In this document: positions 29,772-39,969 of the stretch, piece by piece
Layout of the letters: the number at the start of each line of letters is the position of its first letter
How positions within the stretch are numbered: the stretch's first letter is position 1
Assembly: GCA_039588295.1 (NCBI GenBank)
Contig: JBDHAB010000019.1
Coordinates: 41,834 to 105,833, forward strand
Length of the DNA: 64,000 nucleotides
Source of the DNA: Gemmatimonadota bacterium
Lineage (GTDB): Bacteria; Gemmatimonadota; Gemmatimonadetes; Gemmatimonadales; GWC2-71-9
Direction: 5' to 3'
Translations under genes and position numbers: made by a program
Notes under the pieces: model-generated
Database searches by the model: none
The model's input: only the letters and a program-made list of their open reading frames with translations
What the model was told of the DNA's origin: nothing

Positions 29772-30940
29772 GCGCCGCCCCACTCGTTCTTCACCACGCA
29801 CGCGAAATTGAAGCCGCCCTGGTGCGCCGGGGCGTTGCGCCGTCGCAGGCCGCCTCGGCTGCCCGGGGCGTGCAGTCCGTGGCACTGGTCTTTGATGCGA
29901 TAGACGCGGACATGCGTGATCGCCTCGGCCGTGAGGCGTCGCGCGCGGGACTCGATTGCCTGACGGGGACCGAATGGGCGTTGCTGGCGGGCGGGGTGTC
30001 CCGTTTGGCGGGACTGGCACGCCCGGGCGCGTCTTCCCTCCCCGAGCCCGTGGCCCACGTGCTTGGCAGCTCCTTGGCGGCGTTGGTCGAGCGCCCGCGG
30101 GCCTGGAATCTGGGGAGGGGCTCGGTTCCGCTCGATGGGCCCGTGGTGGTCGGGATTCTGAACGTGACGCCCGACTCGTTCAGTGACGGAGGTCGCTATC
30201 TGGATCCCGATGCGGCCTTGCGGCAGGCCGAGGCCTTGCTCGACCAGGGAGCGGCGATGCTCGATCTGGGGGCGGAGTCCACGCGCCCGGGGCGGCCAAC
30301 TCCCGTTTCTCCCGATGAGGAATGGGAACGCCTCGAACCTGTGCTCGCGCACCTCATCACCAGATTCCCGGACGTCCCTGTCAGTGTGGATACCGTCAAG
30401 GAAGCGGTCGCGCGACGCTCGCTCGAGGTCGGTGCCTGGGCGATCAACGATGTCTCAGGGTTACGGCTCGATCCCGGCGTGGCCGACGTGTGCGCGGAGT
30501 TCCAGGCCGGGCTCATTCTCATGCACTCGCGCGGTACGGTCGCGGACATGGCGACTTACGACCACGCGCAGTACGACCACGTGGGCGAAGCGGTCGTGCG
30601 GGAGCTCACGGTGGCAGCGCGCCAGGCGGAGCGTCGTGGGGTCGCCAGCGACCGGATCGTGGTGGACCCGGGGCTGGGATTTGCCAAGACGCCGGCGCAG
30701 ACGCTGGCTGCCATGCGGGATCTGCGAATGCTCGCGTCGCTCGGGTATCCGGTAATGGTCGGGCCGTCGCGCAAGCGCTTCCTGGGCACCGTGACAGGGC
30801 GGGAGGTCGACGCGCGCGACGGGGCGACGGCGGCAGCGTGCGTCACTCAGTATCTTATGGGGGCTGTATTCTTTCGGGTTCATGCCGTCGGTCCGACGCA
30901 TGAGGCACTGGCCGTTGCGCACGCAGTACGGAGCGCCTGA
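29768..30940 (+). CDS. folP: Dihydropteroate synthase with ~120-aa N-terminal extension
   Basis: ILNVTPDSFSDGG, GAESTRPG, INDVSG, DPGLGFAK, SRKRF, RVH. Confidence 0.94.
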   Translation: MSAAPLVLHHAREIEAALVRRGVAPSQAASAARGVQSVALVFDAIDADMRDRLGREASRAGLDCLTGTEWALLAGGVSRLAGLARPGASSLPEPVAHVLGSSLAALVERPRAWNLGRGSVPLDGPVVVGILNVTPDSFSDGGRYLDPDAALRQAEALLDQGAAMLDLGAESTRPGRPTPVSPDEEWERLEPVLAHLITRFPDVPVSVDTVKEAVARRSLEVGAWAINDVSGLRLDPGVADVCAEFQAGLILMHSRGTVADMATYDHAQYDHVGEAVVRELTVAARQAERRGVASDRIVVDPGLGFAKTPAQTLAAMRDLRMLASLGYPVMVGPSRKRFLGTVTGREVDARDGATAAACVTQYLMGAVFFRVHAVGPTHEALAVAHAVRSA

Positions 30941-31743
30941 TGTGGTTTGAGCAACTCACACTGCTGATTCCCGATTGGTACGACGTCATCGAGATCCTCA
31001 TCGTGGCGTACGTGATCTATCGGCTGTTGCTGTTCCTCGCCGGCACCCGCGCGCTGCAGATCATGGTTGGGATCACCGCGCTGGTGCTGATCTACTTCGC
31101 GGCCCTCGTGCTCAAGCTGAACATGATTACCACGCTCCTCGGCGTGGTGTTCACCTATGGTGCCTTCGCGGCGATCGTCGTGTTTCAACCGGAGCTCCGC
31201 CACGCGCTGGCGCGACTGGGGCGGTCTCGCGTCATCAGTTTCCTCGCCGGTTCGAGCAAGCAAGCGGTCGCGGACGAAATTGCGGAGGCGGTCGGCCGCT
31301 TGGCGCGAAACGGAACGGGGGCAATCATCGCGGTGGAGCGAGACGTATCGCTGGATCAGTACGTTGAGAGCGGCACCGTCATGCGCGCCACCGTGTCCGC
31401 CGATCTCCTCGCGACGATCTTCACGCCCTACTCGCCGCTGCACGATGGTGCGGTCATCATCCGTGGCGATCAGATCGTCGGTGCAGGCTGCGTCCTTCCG
31501 CTCACCCAGTTCCCGGTCAGCGACCGGTCGCTGGGCACCAGGCATCGTGCTGCCCTTGGTCTCTCGGAGGAAGCCGACGCGATCCTGATCGTGGTGTCGG
31601 AGGAAACGTCCAAGATCTCCGTCGCTGTGCGCGGCATGATCCGGCGGGGACTCACTCCCGATCAGGTCCGCGAAGCCCTGGCCAAGACCGCAGGGTCAGG
31701 CCTTGCGTTATCCGCCGCTCGGAGTGACGCTTCACCCGCCTAA
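30940..31743 (+). CDS. cdaA: Diadenylate cyclase CdaA/DacA
   Basis: 3 N-terminal TM helices, FQPELR, LHDGAVI, GTRHRAA, VSEETS. Confidence 0.93.
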   Translation: MWFEQLTLLIPDWYDVIEILIVAYVIYRLLLFLAGTRALQIMVGITALVLIYFAALVLKLNMITTLLGVVFTYGAFAAIVVFQPELRHALARLGRSRVISFLAGSSKQAVADEIAEAVGRLARNGTGAIIAVERDVSLDQYVESGTVMRATVSADLLATIFTPYSPLHDGAVIIRGDQIVGAGCVLPLTQFPVSDRSLGTRHRAALGLSEEADAILIVVSEETSKISVAVRGMIRRGLTPDQVREALAKTAGSGLALSAARSDASPA

Positions 31744-31757
31744 CGACCACCGCTCCG

Positions 31758-34286
31758 ATGCTGGATGTGAACACGAAACAGGCAGCGATCGAGACCCAAG
31801 CTGACACCGCGCCCTACCGGTTGGCGGTGGCGGTGTTCGGCGTGGTATTCGCCGGCTATGTCGTCACGTTGGCGCCGACGGTGACGTTCTGGGACGCGGG
31901 CGAGTTCATCGCCGCGGCGAGCATCCTCGGTATCCCGCATCCGCCGGGGACGCCACTCTTCGTGCTCATGGGGAATGTCTGGGGGAGCCTGGTCCCCATC
32001 GGCGAATTCGCTTTCCGCACCAACCTGATGACGGCGGTGTTCAGCGCCTCAGCGGCCGGGCTGTTCTTCCTGCTGGTCGCCAAAGCGCTCCGCGGGTGGT
32101 CGGCAACGCGGGGTCCGGAGGACGAGGACCGGGTGTTCGTGCTCGGTGGGGCGGTAGCGGCCGCCCTCGTGTCTGCCTTCGCGTTCACCGTGTGGCAGAA
32201 CTCGAACGAGACCGAAGTCTACATGGTCTCGGCGTTCAGCATCGCGGCCGTGTCGTGGCTCGCCTGGATGTGGCGTAAACACCGCGGGGGTGAGCGAGCC
32301 CCCCACGTGCTCCTGCTCATCGTCTATCTCGGGGCCGTCTCGCTAGGCAGCCACCTGCTCACGCTGCTCGTGGGGCCGGCGCTGATCGGGTATATGTGGC
32401 ATGTGCTACGAACCGAGCCCCTTGCCGACGAACGCGATCGGCGGACGGAGTGGGCGCAGTGGGCGGTGGTCGTCGGGATCTGGGCGCTCCTGATCGGGAT
32501 CGGGTTGGGCAGCAAGGGCCTGCTGATTGTCGGCGGCATCGCGTTCCTCGGCGCCGCACTGTACGCCACATCGCTCGGCGCCCTGCCGTTTGCCGCGACG
32601 GTGCTGGCGATCGGGCTCGTCGGTGCCTCGACCTACTTGTTCCTGCTGGTCCGGTCCCAAGTCGGTCCCCTCATCAACGAGGCCGATCCGTCGACGTGGG
32701 AAAGTCTGTGGGCGGTGATCCGCCGTGAGCAGTATCCACCGCGCTCACCGATCGACAACCCGATCTACACCCTGCGGGAAGGCGGAGTCACCGACCGGAT
32801 CGGAAACTTCATTGGCTGCCTCTTCCAGTTTGTGGACGGCCCCGTACAACCTGGCGAGGCGGTCTTCGGTATTCCCGACTGCTACGCGGTCCGCAGCATC
32901 CCACTCATGGGGCGGCAGCTCCAGATGTACTTGCAGTACTTCGACTGGCAGTGGGTCAACGGCCTCGCACCCACCGAGCCGGTCTTCGCGCGGGCGCGCC
33001 TCCCCGTCACGTTGATCTTCATCACCCTCGGGGTCTATGGCGCGTGGGTCTTACGCCAGCGCGATCGGTCGGTGTTCTGGCTCCTCATGCTGCTGTTCTT
33101 GACGACCGGCCCGGGCCTTGTGGGCTACATGAACTTCAAGCCGGGGTACTCGCTCGCGTGGGATCTGTTTCCCCAAATCGAGATGCACGAAGTCCGCGAA
33201 CGGGACTACTTCTTCACCGTGTCGTTCCAGACGTGGGGGCTCTTTGTCGGCATCGGCTTGGCCGGGATGTACCGGCGGCTTCGGGCCCGACTCGAGACCG
33301 GCGCAGCAGGACCGGCCCGGGCGCGTCTGGCGGCGGGCGTGTTCGTCTTGGCGCTGGTGCCGCTCGCCGTGAATTTCCGCGCGGCAAGCCGTCGGCACGG
33401 TCCCGAGGCAATGTTGGCGCGTGACTTCTCGTACAACCTGCTCCAGTCCGTCGAGCCGTACGGAATCGTGTTCACCAACGGGGACAACGACACATTCCCG
33501 TTGTGGTACCTGCAGGAGGTTGAGGGTGTCCGGCAGGACGTCTCCGTCGTGAACCTCTCGCTCGGGAACACCGACTGGTACATCCGTCAACTCAGGGACA
33601 ACCCCATCCGCGCGTTCGACCCGCAGCAGGCACCGTGGTATGCCGACATGGCCCCCGGCGCGCCGCCGGGGCCGCTGCTCACTCTCACTGACGATGAGAT
33701 CGCGCAGTTGGGCTCGCGTCTGCTCGCGCGCACACTCACGTTCAGCGCCGGCAGGCTGTCGCTCACGTACCCGGAGAACTCGGCGCTGTACACCTACGAC
33801 ATGCTGATTATCCGGCTCATCCAAGAGAATTGGCAGCGACGGCCCATCTACTTCTCGATGACGGCGGGGTCGGAGAACTGGGGTCGCATGCGGGAGTATC
33901 TGAGCCAGCAGGGACTGGTGTTCGCACTGCATGTCGCCGCACCGCCCGACACCGCACGGCTCGCACCCGGGCTGTTCGGCGGCGTGCCGATCGACGTGGT
34001 CCGCACGGACTCCCTTGTCTGGGACGTGTACCGCTATGCGGGCCTGTTTGACGTCGATACGCTCACGCTCGATCCGACGAATCGCAACATCACCGTGAAC
34101 ATGAGTTACCCGTTCTATGGCCTGGGGCTGGCGTACGAGACGCTTGGCGATTCCGCGCGAGCCGCCGAGAACATCCGCCGCGGGCTCCACCTCCAGTACA
34201 TTCCCGATGTCGCGCGAGCGCTGGATGCCAACGCGGCAATCTTCACGGGCCCACCCACGCTGGACGACACGCTGCCGCGTCGCTAA
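31758..34286 (+). CDS. DUF2723 membrane protein (TMEM260-like putative glycosyltransferase)
   Basis: TLAPTVTFWDAGEF, IPHPPGTPLF, ETEVY, RERDYFF, FTNGDNDTFPLWY, VVNLSL. Confidence 0.88.
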   Translation: MLDVNTKQAAIETQADTAPYRLAVAVFGVVFAGYVVTLAPTVTFWDAGEFIAAASILGIPHPPGTPLFVLMGNVWGSLVPIGEFAFRTNLMTAVFSASAAGLFFLLVAKALRGWSATRGPEDEDRVFVLGGAVAAALVSAFAFTVWQNSNETEVYMVSAFSIAAVSWLAWMWRKHRGGERAPHVLLLIVYLGAVSLGSHLLTLLVGPALIGYMWHVLRTEPLADERDRRTEWAQWAVVVGIWALLIGIGLGSKGLLIVGGIAFLGAALYATSLGALPFAATVLAIGLVGASTYLFLLVRSQVGPLINEADPSTWESLWAVIRREQYPPRSPIDNPIYTLREGGVTDRIGNFIGCLFQFVDGPVQPGEAVFGIPDCYAVRSIPLMGRQLQMYLQYFDWQWVNGLAPTEPVFARARLPVTLIFITLGVYGAWVLRQRDRSVFWLLMLLFLTTGPGLVGYMNFKPGYSLAWDLFPQIEMHEVRERDYFFTVSFQTWGLFVGIGLAGMYRRLRARLETGAAGPARARLAAGVFVLALVPLAVNFRAASRRHGPEAMLARDFSYNLLQSVEPYGIVFTNGDNDTFPLWYLQEVEGVRQDVSVVNLSLGNTDWYIRQLRDNPIRAFDPQQAPWYADMAPGAPPGPLLTLTDDEIAQLGSRLLARTLTFSAGRLSLTYPENSALYTYDMLIIRLIQENWQRRPIYFSMTAGSENWGRMREYLSQQGLVFALHVAAPPDTARLAPGLFGGVPIDVVRTDSLVWDVYRYAGLFDVDTLTLDPTNRNITVNMSYPFYGLGLAYETLGDSARAAENIRRGLHLQYIPDVARALDANAAIFTGPPTLDDTLPRR

Positions 34287-34366
34287 GGCGGGACGGCCGG
34301 CACCCTTCCGGGTTCCCAAGCGGCGCGGCTTTGCTTCGCTGCAAGGCACGGCTACCATTAAGGGTT

Positions 34367-35062
34367 ATGGATTTTGCGGTGCTTCCTGACAACCTCCGCC
34401 GGGTGCGAGATACCATTGCGCGTACGCAAGCGAAGGAAGGACTCACCGCGGAGGTGCGCATCGTCGCCGTGACAAAGGGCCATCACCCGGCGGCTGCGCG
34501 GGCGGCCGTGGCCGCCGGCCTCGCCGACCTGGGAGAGAACCGCGTGCAGGAGGCGATCACCAAGATCGATGGATTGGCCAGCCTGGAGGCGCGGTGGCAT
34601 CTGATTGGCCACCTGCAGACGAACAAGGCGAAGTACGTTCCGGAGCGCTTTGCGATGGTCCACTCGGTAGATAGCGCGCGAGTGGCTCGGGCGCTGCACG
34701 GCGCGATGGAGCAGCGGGCACCATCCGATCGGTTGCCCGTGCTGCTGCAAGTCAACATGGCAGGAGAATCCCAGAAGAGCGGGTGTGAACCCGACGAGGC
34801 ACAGGACGTGGCGCGCGCCGTCACGAGCTTCTCGCGACTCGAGCTCAAGGGCCTCATGACCATGGCGCCACTGACGGATGACCAGGTGGTCCAGCGGCAG
34901 GTCTTCGGCGATTTGCGTCGGTTGCGCGATCATCTCGAGCTGGTGGGATTCTCGCTGCCGGAGCTTTCAATGGGAATGTCCGGGGATTATGAGGCAGCCG
35001 TCGCCGAGGGCGCGACGATCTTGCGTTTGGGTACTGTGCTGTTTGGAGAACGGCCGACATGA
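34367..35062 (+). CDS. yggS: PLP homeostasis protein YggS
   Basis: VAVTK, GENRVQE, WHLIGHLQTNK, LMTM, LSMGMSGD, RLGT. Confidence 0.95.
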   Translation: MDFAVLPDNLRRVRDTIARTQAKEGLTAEVRIVAVTKGHHPAAARAAVAAGLADLGENRVQEAITKIDGLASLEARWHLIGHLQTNKAKYVPERFAMVHSVDSARVARALHGAMEQRAPSDRLPVLLQVNMAGESQKSGCEPDEAQDVARAVTSFSRLELKGLMTMAPLTDDQVVQRQVFGDLRRLRDHLELVGFSLPELSMGMSGDYEAAVAEGATILRLGTVLFGERPT

Positions 35063-35547
35063 ACGACAACGAATTCCGACTCACGCCGGCGGATGTACGA
35101 ACGCAGGAGTTTCGGCGCGTCCCGCTCGGGTACGAAGTGGCAGGCGTCGAGGAATTTCGCGGGCGGATGGCGGACGAACTGGAACGACTCCTGCGCGAAC
35201 GTGCGGCGCTGGAAGAACGGCTGCACAGTTTCCGTGAGCAGCTCAAAGCGTTCCGCGAGCGGGAAAAGGCGCTCAACGACGCCGTCGTGATGGCCCATCA
35301 GGTACGGACCGACATCGAGCAATCGGCAAAGCGCGAGTCCGAGTTGGCAATGCGGGAGGCACGGGCCAAGGCCGATGACATTCTCAATGGCGCCCGGAAG
35401 GCCGAGACTTTCGTGCGGCACGATCTTGAGGAGGCGCAGCGCCAGTTCAGTGCGTACCTCGCGGCGTTCCGTCGACTGCTCGAGCGGCAGCTCGCCCAGG
35501 TCGACGCCCTCGCCGACCAGGAGCGAGACGGGAGCCCGCCCGAGTGA
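35059..35547 (+). CDS. divIVA: DivIVA domain protein
   Basis: LTPADVRTQEFRRVPLGYEVAGVEEF N-terminal motif followed by a long coiled coil. Confidence 0.88.
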   Translation: MNDNEFRLTPADVRTQEFRRVPLGYEVAGVEEFRGRMADELERLLRERAALEERLHSFREQLKAFREREKALNDAVVMAHQVRTDIEQSAKRESELAMREARAKADDILNGARKAETFVRHDLEEAQRQFSAYLAAFRRLLERQLAQVDALADQERDGSPPE

Positions 35548-36380
35548 GCACCTCGACGTCGAGGTTGCGGGAGGAGATCGAGCGGGCCGTTCAGGAGATC
35601 CGCGGCGTCACAAAGGCGGAGCCGGCCGTGGCCGTGATACTGGGAACCGGACTCGGGGGGCTGGCCGAAGCGCTCGAGCTGGAGGCGGAAATCCCCTACG
35701 AGGCCATTCCCGGATTCCCGCTCTCCACGGTGGAGTCGCACTCGGGTCGTCTGCTGTTCGGGCGCGCGGGGCGGCAGCACGTCGTCGCCATGCAGGGCCG
35801 GTTCCACCGATACGAAGGCTATACGCTGCGTGAGATAGCGTTTCCGGTTCGGGTGATGCGGGCGCTGGGCGCGGGGACGCTGGTCGTGTCGAATGCGTGC
35901 GGCGGCTTGCACCCACTCTGGGCACCCGGTGATCTCGTGCTACTCGCGGACCACATCAACCTCCTCGGTGACAACCCGCTTATCGGTCCCAATGACGAGG
36001 CCCTTGGGCCGCGTTTCCCGGACATGTCGCAGCCGTATGACGAAGGACTGCGCTCGATCGCCCGTCGGGTTGCCCGGGATCTCAAGCTTGTGCTCCGTGA
36101 GGGCGTGTATGTCGGCGTCACGGGTCCGGCCCTCTCGACGGCGGCTGAGTATCGCTACTTGCGTGGCATTGGGGCGGACATCGTTGGCATGTCGACGGTT
36201 CCCGAAGTCATTGTCGCGGTCCATGGCGGTCTCCGGGTGCTCGGCCTGTCGGTGATCACCGACGCGTGCCTCCCGGATGCGCTCGAGCCGGTGGATGTCG
36301 CCACGATCATCCAGACGGCGAAGGATGCCGAGCCACAGTTGACCCGGTTGATCACGGGCGTGTTGGAGCAGCTGCCCTGA
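35544..36380 (+). CDS. punA: Purine nucleoside phosphorylase, trimeric family
   Basis: ILGTGLG, QGRFHRYEGY, SNACGG, DHIN, GPRFPDMS, VGMSTVPE. Confidence 0.92.
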   Translation: MSTSTSRLREEIERAVQEIRGVTKAEPAVAVILGTGLGGLAEALELEAEIPYEAIPGFPLSTVESHSGRLLFGRAGRQHVVAMQGRFHRYEGYTLREIAFPVRVMRALGAGTLVVSNACGGLHPLWAPGDLVLLADHINLLGDNPLIGPNDEALGPRFPDMSQPYDEGLRSIARRVARDLKLVLREGVYVGVTGPALSTAAEYRYLRGIGADIVGMSTVPEVIVAVHGGLRVLGLSVITDACLPDALEPVDVATIIQTAKDAEPQLTRLITGVLEQLP

Positions 36381-39300
36381 TGGGGTACGAACCGCTTCAC
36401 TACTCGACGCCCGACGCGTTCGAAGCGGCCATGCTGGAGCAGTGGCGTGCGGACGATCTGTTTCACCGCACGCTCGAGGCGACGGCGTCGGGGCAGCCCT
36501 TTGTGTTCTATGAAGGCCCGCCGACGGCCAACGGACGACCGGGTGTCCATCATGTATTTGCGCGAACGATCAAGGATCTGATCTGCCGCTACCACACGAT
36601 GCTCGGTGAGTCGGTGACGCGTATCGCTGGCTGGGACACGCATGGGCTTCCTGTGGAGATCGAAGTCGAGAAGGCGCTCAACATCAGCGGGAAGGCGGAC
36701 ATCGAGCGGTTCGGTGTCGCCGAGTTCAACGCTCGCTGCCGAGAGAGCGTCTTTCGGTACAAGGCAGACTGGGAATCCCTGTCCGAGCGGATCGGCTATT
36801 GGCTCGATTACTCGAAGCCGTACATCACGTACACTAACGACTACATCGAAAGCGTGTGGTGGCTGCTCAAGCAGCTGCATGAGCGCGATCTGTTGTACCT
36901 GGGACACAAGGTCTTGCCGTACTGTCCGCGATGCGGCACGGCACTGTCGAGTCACGAGCTCGCACAAGGATACGAGACGCATCGGAGCCCTTCGATCCAT
37001 GTGCTGTTTCGTCTTCGTGGAGAGGCAAAGCGCTACCTCCTCGTGTGGACGACGACGCCGTGGACGCTGCCGTCCAATGTCGCGGTCGCGGTCCACCCGG
37101 ACTTCCGGTATGTCGAGCACGAGGTTGATGGGCGGCGCCTGATCGTCGAGAAGGTGATCGCCGAGCAGCGTGTGGTTCCCGGAGCGACGGGCGGGGAAAC
37201 GCTGGCGGCGTTCCCACGGGTCGCCGAGCACATGGGAAGGGATTTGGTCGGACTCGAGTACGAGCAGTTGCTCGATGCGGTGCACGTGGATCCGGACCAG
37301 GCCTTTCGAGTCGTCGCCGGGGACTTCGTAACAAACGAGGAAGGCACGGGCCTGGTGCACATCGCCCCGGCGTTTGGCGCGGACGACTACGCCACGGGTC
37401 AGCGGGAGGGGTTGGCCTTCGTGAACCCGGTGGACGGCGAGGGTCGGTTTGCCAACACGACGTGGGCCGCGCTCAATGGGGTGGGAGTGTTCGACGCCAA
37501 CCCCATGATCGCCGAGCGACTCGCACACGAGCGGAAGGTGTTTGGCCGTTATCAACCAGAAGGGTACGAGCACACGTATCCCTTCTGCTGGCGCTGTGAC
37601 TCGCCACTGATCTACTACGCCCGCGAGTCCTGGTTCGTCGGCACTACGGCGTTCCGCGACCGCATGCTGTCGATCAATAGAGAGATTTCGTGGTCACCGC
37701 CCGAGGTCGGGGCGGGCCGGTTCGGTGAGTGGCTGGAGAACAACGTCGACTGGGCGCTGTCGCGGGACCGGTACTGGGGGACGCCGCTCCCAGTGTGGTT
37801 GTGCGACCGGCACCCCGAGCATCGTGTCGTGATTGGCTCCTACGCGGAGTTGGCGGAGCGATGGGGGCGGGGACTGCCGGCGGACTTCGATCCGCACAAG
37901 CCGTTCATCGATGAGTACGTGTTCGCCTGCTCCCAAGCGGGCTGTGGCGGAACGATGCGGCGCGTGTCGGGGGTGATCGACGCGTGGTTCGATTCGGGTG
38001 CGATGCCATACGCGCAATGGCACTATCCGTTCGAGCACCGTGAAGCATTCGAGCGCCAGTTCCCCGCCGACTTCATCTGCGAGGGATTGGACCAGACCAG
38101 GGGCTGGTTCTATTCGTTGCTCGCCATCGCCGCGGGCGTCTCTGAGGGTCCTGCGTATCACAACGTGATCGTCAACGGTCTCGTGCTCGATGCCGACGGT
38201 CGGAAGATGTCCAAGCGGGTTGGTAACGTAGTGGATCCGTGGGACGCGGTACGCGAGTTCGGCGCCGATGCGGTCCGCCTCTATCTGCTGGCGTCGTCGC
38301 AGGTGTGGCTACCCAAGCGGTTCGACGTGTCGGCCATTCCGGAGGTGGCAGCGGGGTTCCTCAACCGGCTGCGGAACACCTACGGGTTCTATGCGCTGTA
38401 TGCCGAAGACTGGACGCCGGACCATGTGCCGCCAGTCGACGGCCGGCCGTTGGTCGACCGCTGGTTGTTGAGCCGCCTGGATGCACTCGTGACCACGGTA
38501 CGGGATGCCTGGTCGGACTATGATGTCACGACTGGGGTGCGCGCGATTATCGAGTTCTGTGATTCGGAACTGTCGAACTGGTATGTCCGCGTGAATCGCC
38601 GTCGGTTCTGGGCACCCGACGCCAGCGCCGATCCTCAAGCGCTCGCGACATTGCACGAGACGCTGGTTACGCTCACGCAATTGCTTGCGCCGGCGGCACC
38701 GTTTCTCAGTGATGCCATTCACCGGCGCCTCACCGGGCAGTCGGTACACATTGCGGTGTTCCCGGTCGACAGGGGGCGTAGCGACCCGAACCTTGATGTC
38801 GCGATGGATGCGGCGCGCCGGCTCGCCTCCCTGGCGCGCGCGGCTCGCGAGTCGGCCGGCCTGCGCGTGCGCCAACCACTGGCTGTGATGCAGATCGCGG
38901 TGCCTACCGCCGCTCGCGGGCCCGCGCTCGACGCCTTCCTCGACGTGCTCGCGACCGAGGTCAACGTCAAGACCGTTACCGTCGTGGCCTCGGATGAGGA
39001 ACTCGTGCGCCTCAGAGGCAAACCGAATTTCCGCACGCTTGGCAGGATCTATGGAAAGGACACTCCACGCGCCGCCCGCGCGGTCGCGGCGCTTACGGCG
39101 ACCGAACTCCGGAGTCTCGAGGCCGGCACTCCGGTATCGGCCTCGTACGACGGCCGGTCGTTTGACTACGGTCCGGAGGACGTGGTGATCGAGCGCGAGG
39201 TGTTGACGGATTGGCTGGTGCAGAGCGACGGCCCGCTCGTCGTTGCCTTGAACCCGCACCTGACCGCTGAGCTGCGGCAGGAGGGGTTGGCACGGGAAGT

Positions 39301-39574
39301 GATCAATCGAGTGCAGAGACTACGCAAACAGGCGGGATACGATTACAATTCGCGGATCACGTTGGGCATCTCGGGGCCTGATGAGGTGGAGGCAGCGGTG
39401 GCGGCGTTTCGTGCGGTGATCGGGGCCGAAACGCTTGCGCGGCAACTCGAGGTGGGGAGTACCATTCCGCGCGCCGAGGGCCAGGAGGCCGTCGACATCG
39501 ACGGTCGGGAGGTGCTGCTCTCGATGCGGCGGACGGCGGATCACGGGTCAGCGGACGATTCAAAGGAAGTATAG
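36380..39574 (+). CDS. ileS: Isoleucine-tRNA ligase, type 2 (GXHH variant)
   Basis: EGPPTANGRPGVHH, GWDTHGLPVE, WTTTPWTLPSN, SRDRYWGTP, EGLDQTRGWF, KMSKR; type-2 C-terminus without zinc finger. Confidence 0.96.
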   Translation: MGYEPLHYSTPDAFEAAMLEQWRADDLFHRTLEATASGQPFVFYEGPPTANGRPGVHHVFARTIKDLICRYHTMLGESVTRIAGWDTHGLPVEIEVEKALNISGKADIERFGVAEFNARCRESVFRYKADWESLSERIGYWLDYSKPYITYTNDYIESVWWLLKQLHERDLLYLGHKVLPYCPRCGTALSSHELAQGYETHRSPSIHVLFRLRGEAKRYLLVWTTTPWTLPSNVAVAVHPDFRYVEHEVDGRRLIVEKVIAEQRVVPGATGGETLAAFPRVAEHMGRDLVGLEYEQLLDAVHVDPDQAFRVVAGDFVTNEEGTGLVHIAPAFGADDYATGQREGLAFVNPVDGEGRFANTTWAALNGVGVFDANPMIAERLAHERKVFGRYQPEGYEHTYPFCWRCDSPLIYYARESWFVGTTAFRDRMLSINREISWSPPEVGAGRFGEWLENNVDWALSRDRYWGTPLPVWLCDRHPEHRVVIGSYAELAERWGRGLPADFDPHKPFIDEYVFACSQAGCGGTMRRVSGVIDAWFDSGAMPYAQWHYPFEHREAFERQFPADFICEGLDQTRGWFYSLLAIAAGVSEGPAYHNVIVNGLVLDADGRKMSKRVGNVVDPWDAVREFGADAVRLYLLASSQVWLPKRFDVSAIPEVAAGFLNRLRNTYGFYALYAEDWTPDHVPPVDGRPLVDRWLLSRLDALVTTVRDAWSDYDVTTGVRAIIEFCDSELSNWYVRVNRRRFWAPDASADPQALATLHETLVTLTQLLAPAAPFLSDAIHRRLTGQSVHIAVFPVDRGRSDPNLDVAMDAARRLASLARAARESAGLRVRQPLAVMQIAVPTAARGPALDAFLDVLATEVNVKTVTVVASDEELVRLRGKPNFRTLGRIYGKDTPRAARAVAALTATELRSLEAGTPVSASYDGRSFDYGPEDVVIEREVLTDWLVQSDGPLVVALNPHLTAELRQEGLAREVINRVQRLRKQAGYDYNSRITLGISGPDEVEAAVAAFRAVIGAETLARQLEVGSTIPRAEGQEAVDIDGREVLLSMRRTADHGSADDSKEV

Positions 39575-39585
39575 GAATCGGCACT

Positions 39586-39969
39586 ATGAAGAAGAAATAC
39601 TTGACCCATCTCGAGAAGCGACTGCTCGAAGAACGGGGTCGCGTCATGAAGGAGCTCGGGCACTACGACGAGCAATTCAGTGGCACGCTCCAGGCGTCAG
39701 ATGGGGACCTGTCATCGTATTCGTTTCACATGGCCGATCAGGGCACGGATGCCATGGAGCGCGAGAAGCAGTTCCTGTTCGCCTCCAAAGAAGGGCGCTA
39801 TCTCTGGCACGTGAACGAAGCACTCCGGCGGCTCTACAGCGCCCCTGGGGACTTTGGGAAGTGCCACGAGTGTGGGGACGAGATTGACTTCGACCGGCTC
39901 GACGCGCTCCCGCACGCGCGCTTGTGTATCAAGTGCAAGGCCAAGGAGGAAGATGCCAAGCGGGAGTAA
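39586..39969 (+). CDS. TraR/DksA family C4 zinc-finger protein
   Basis: Coiled coil with HMADQGTD; CHEC...RLDALPHARLCIKC. Confidence 0.9.
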   Translation: MKKKYLTHLEKRLLEERGRVMKELGHYDEQFSGTLQASDGDLSSYSFHMADQGTDAMEREKQFLFASKEGRYLWHVNEALRRLYSAPGDFGKCHECGDEIDFDRLDALPHARLCIKCKAKEEDAKRE

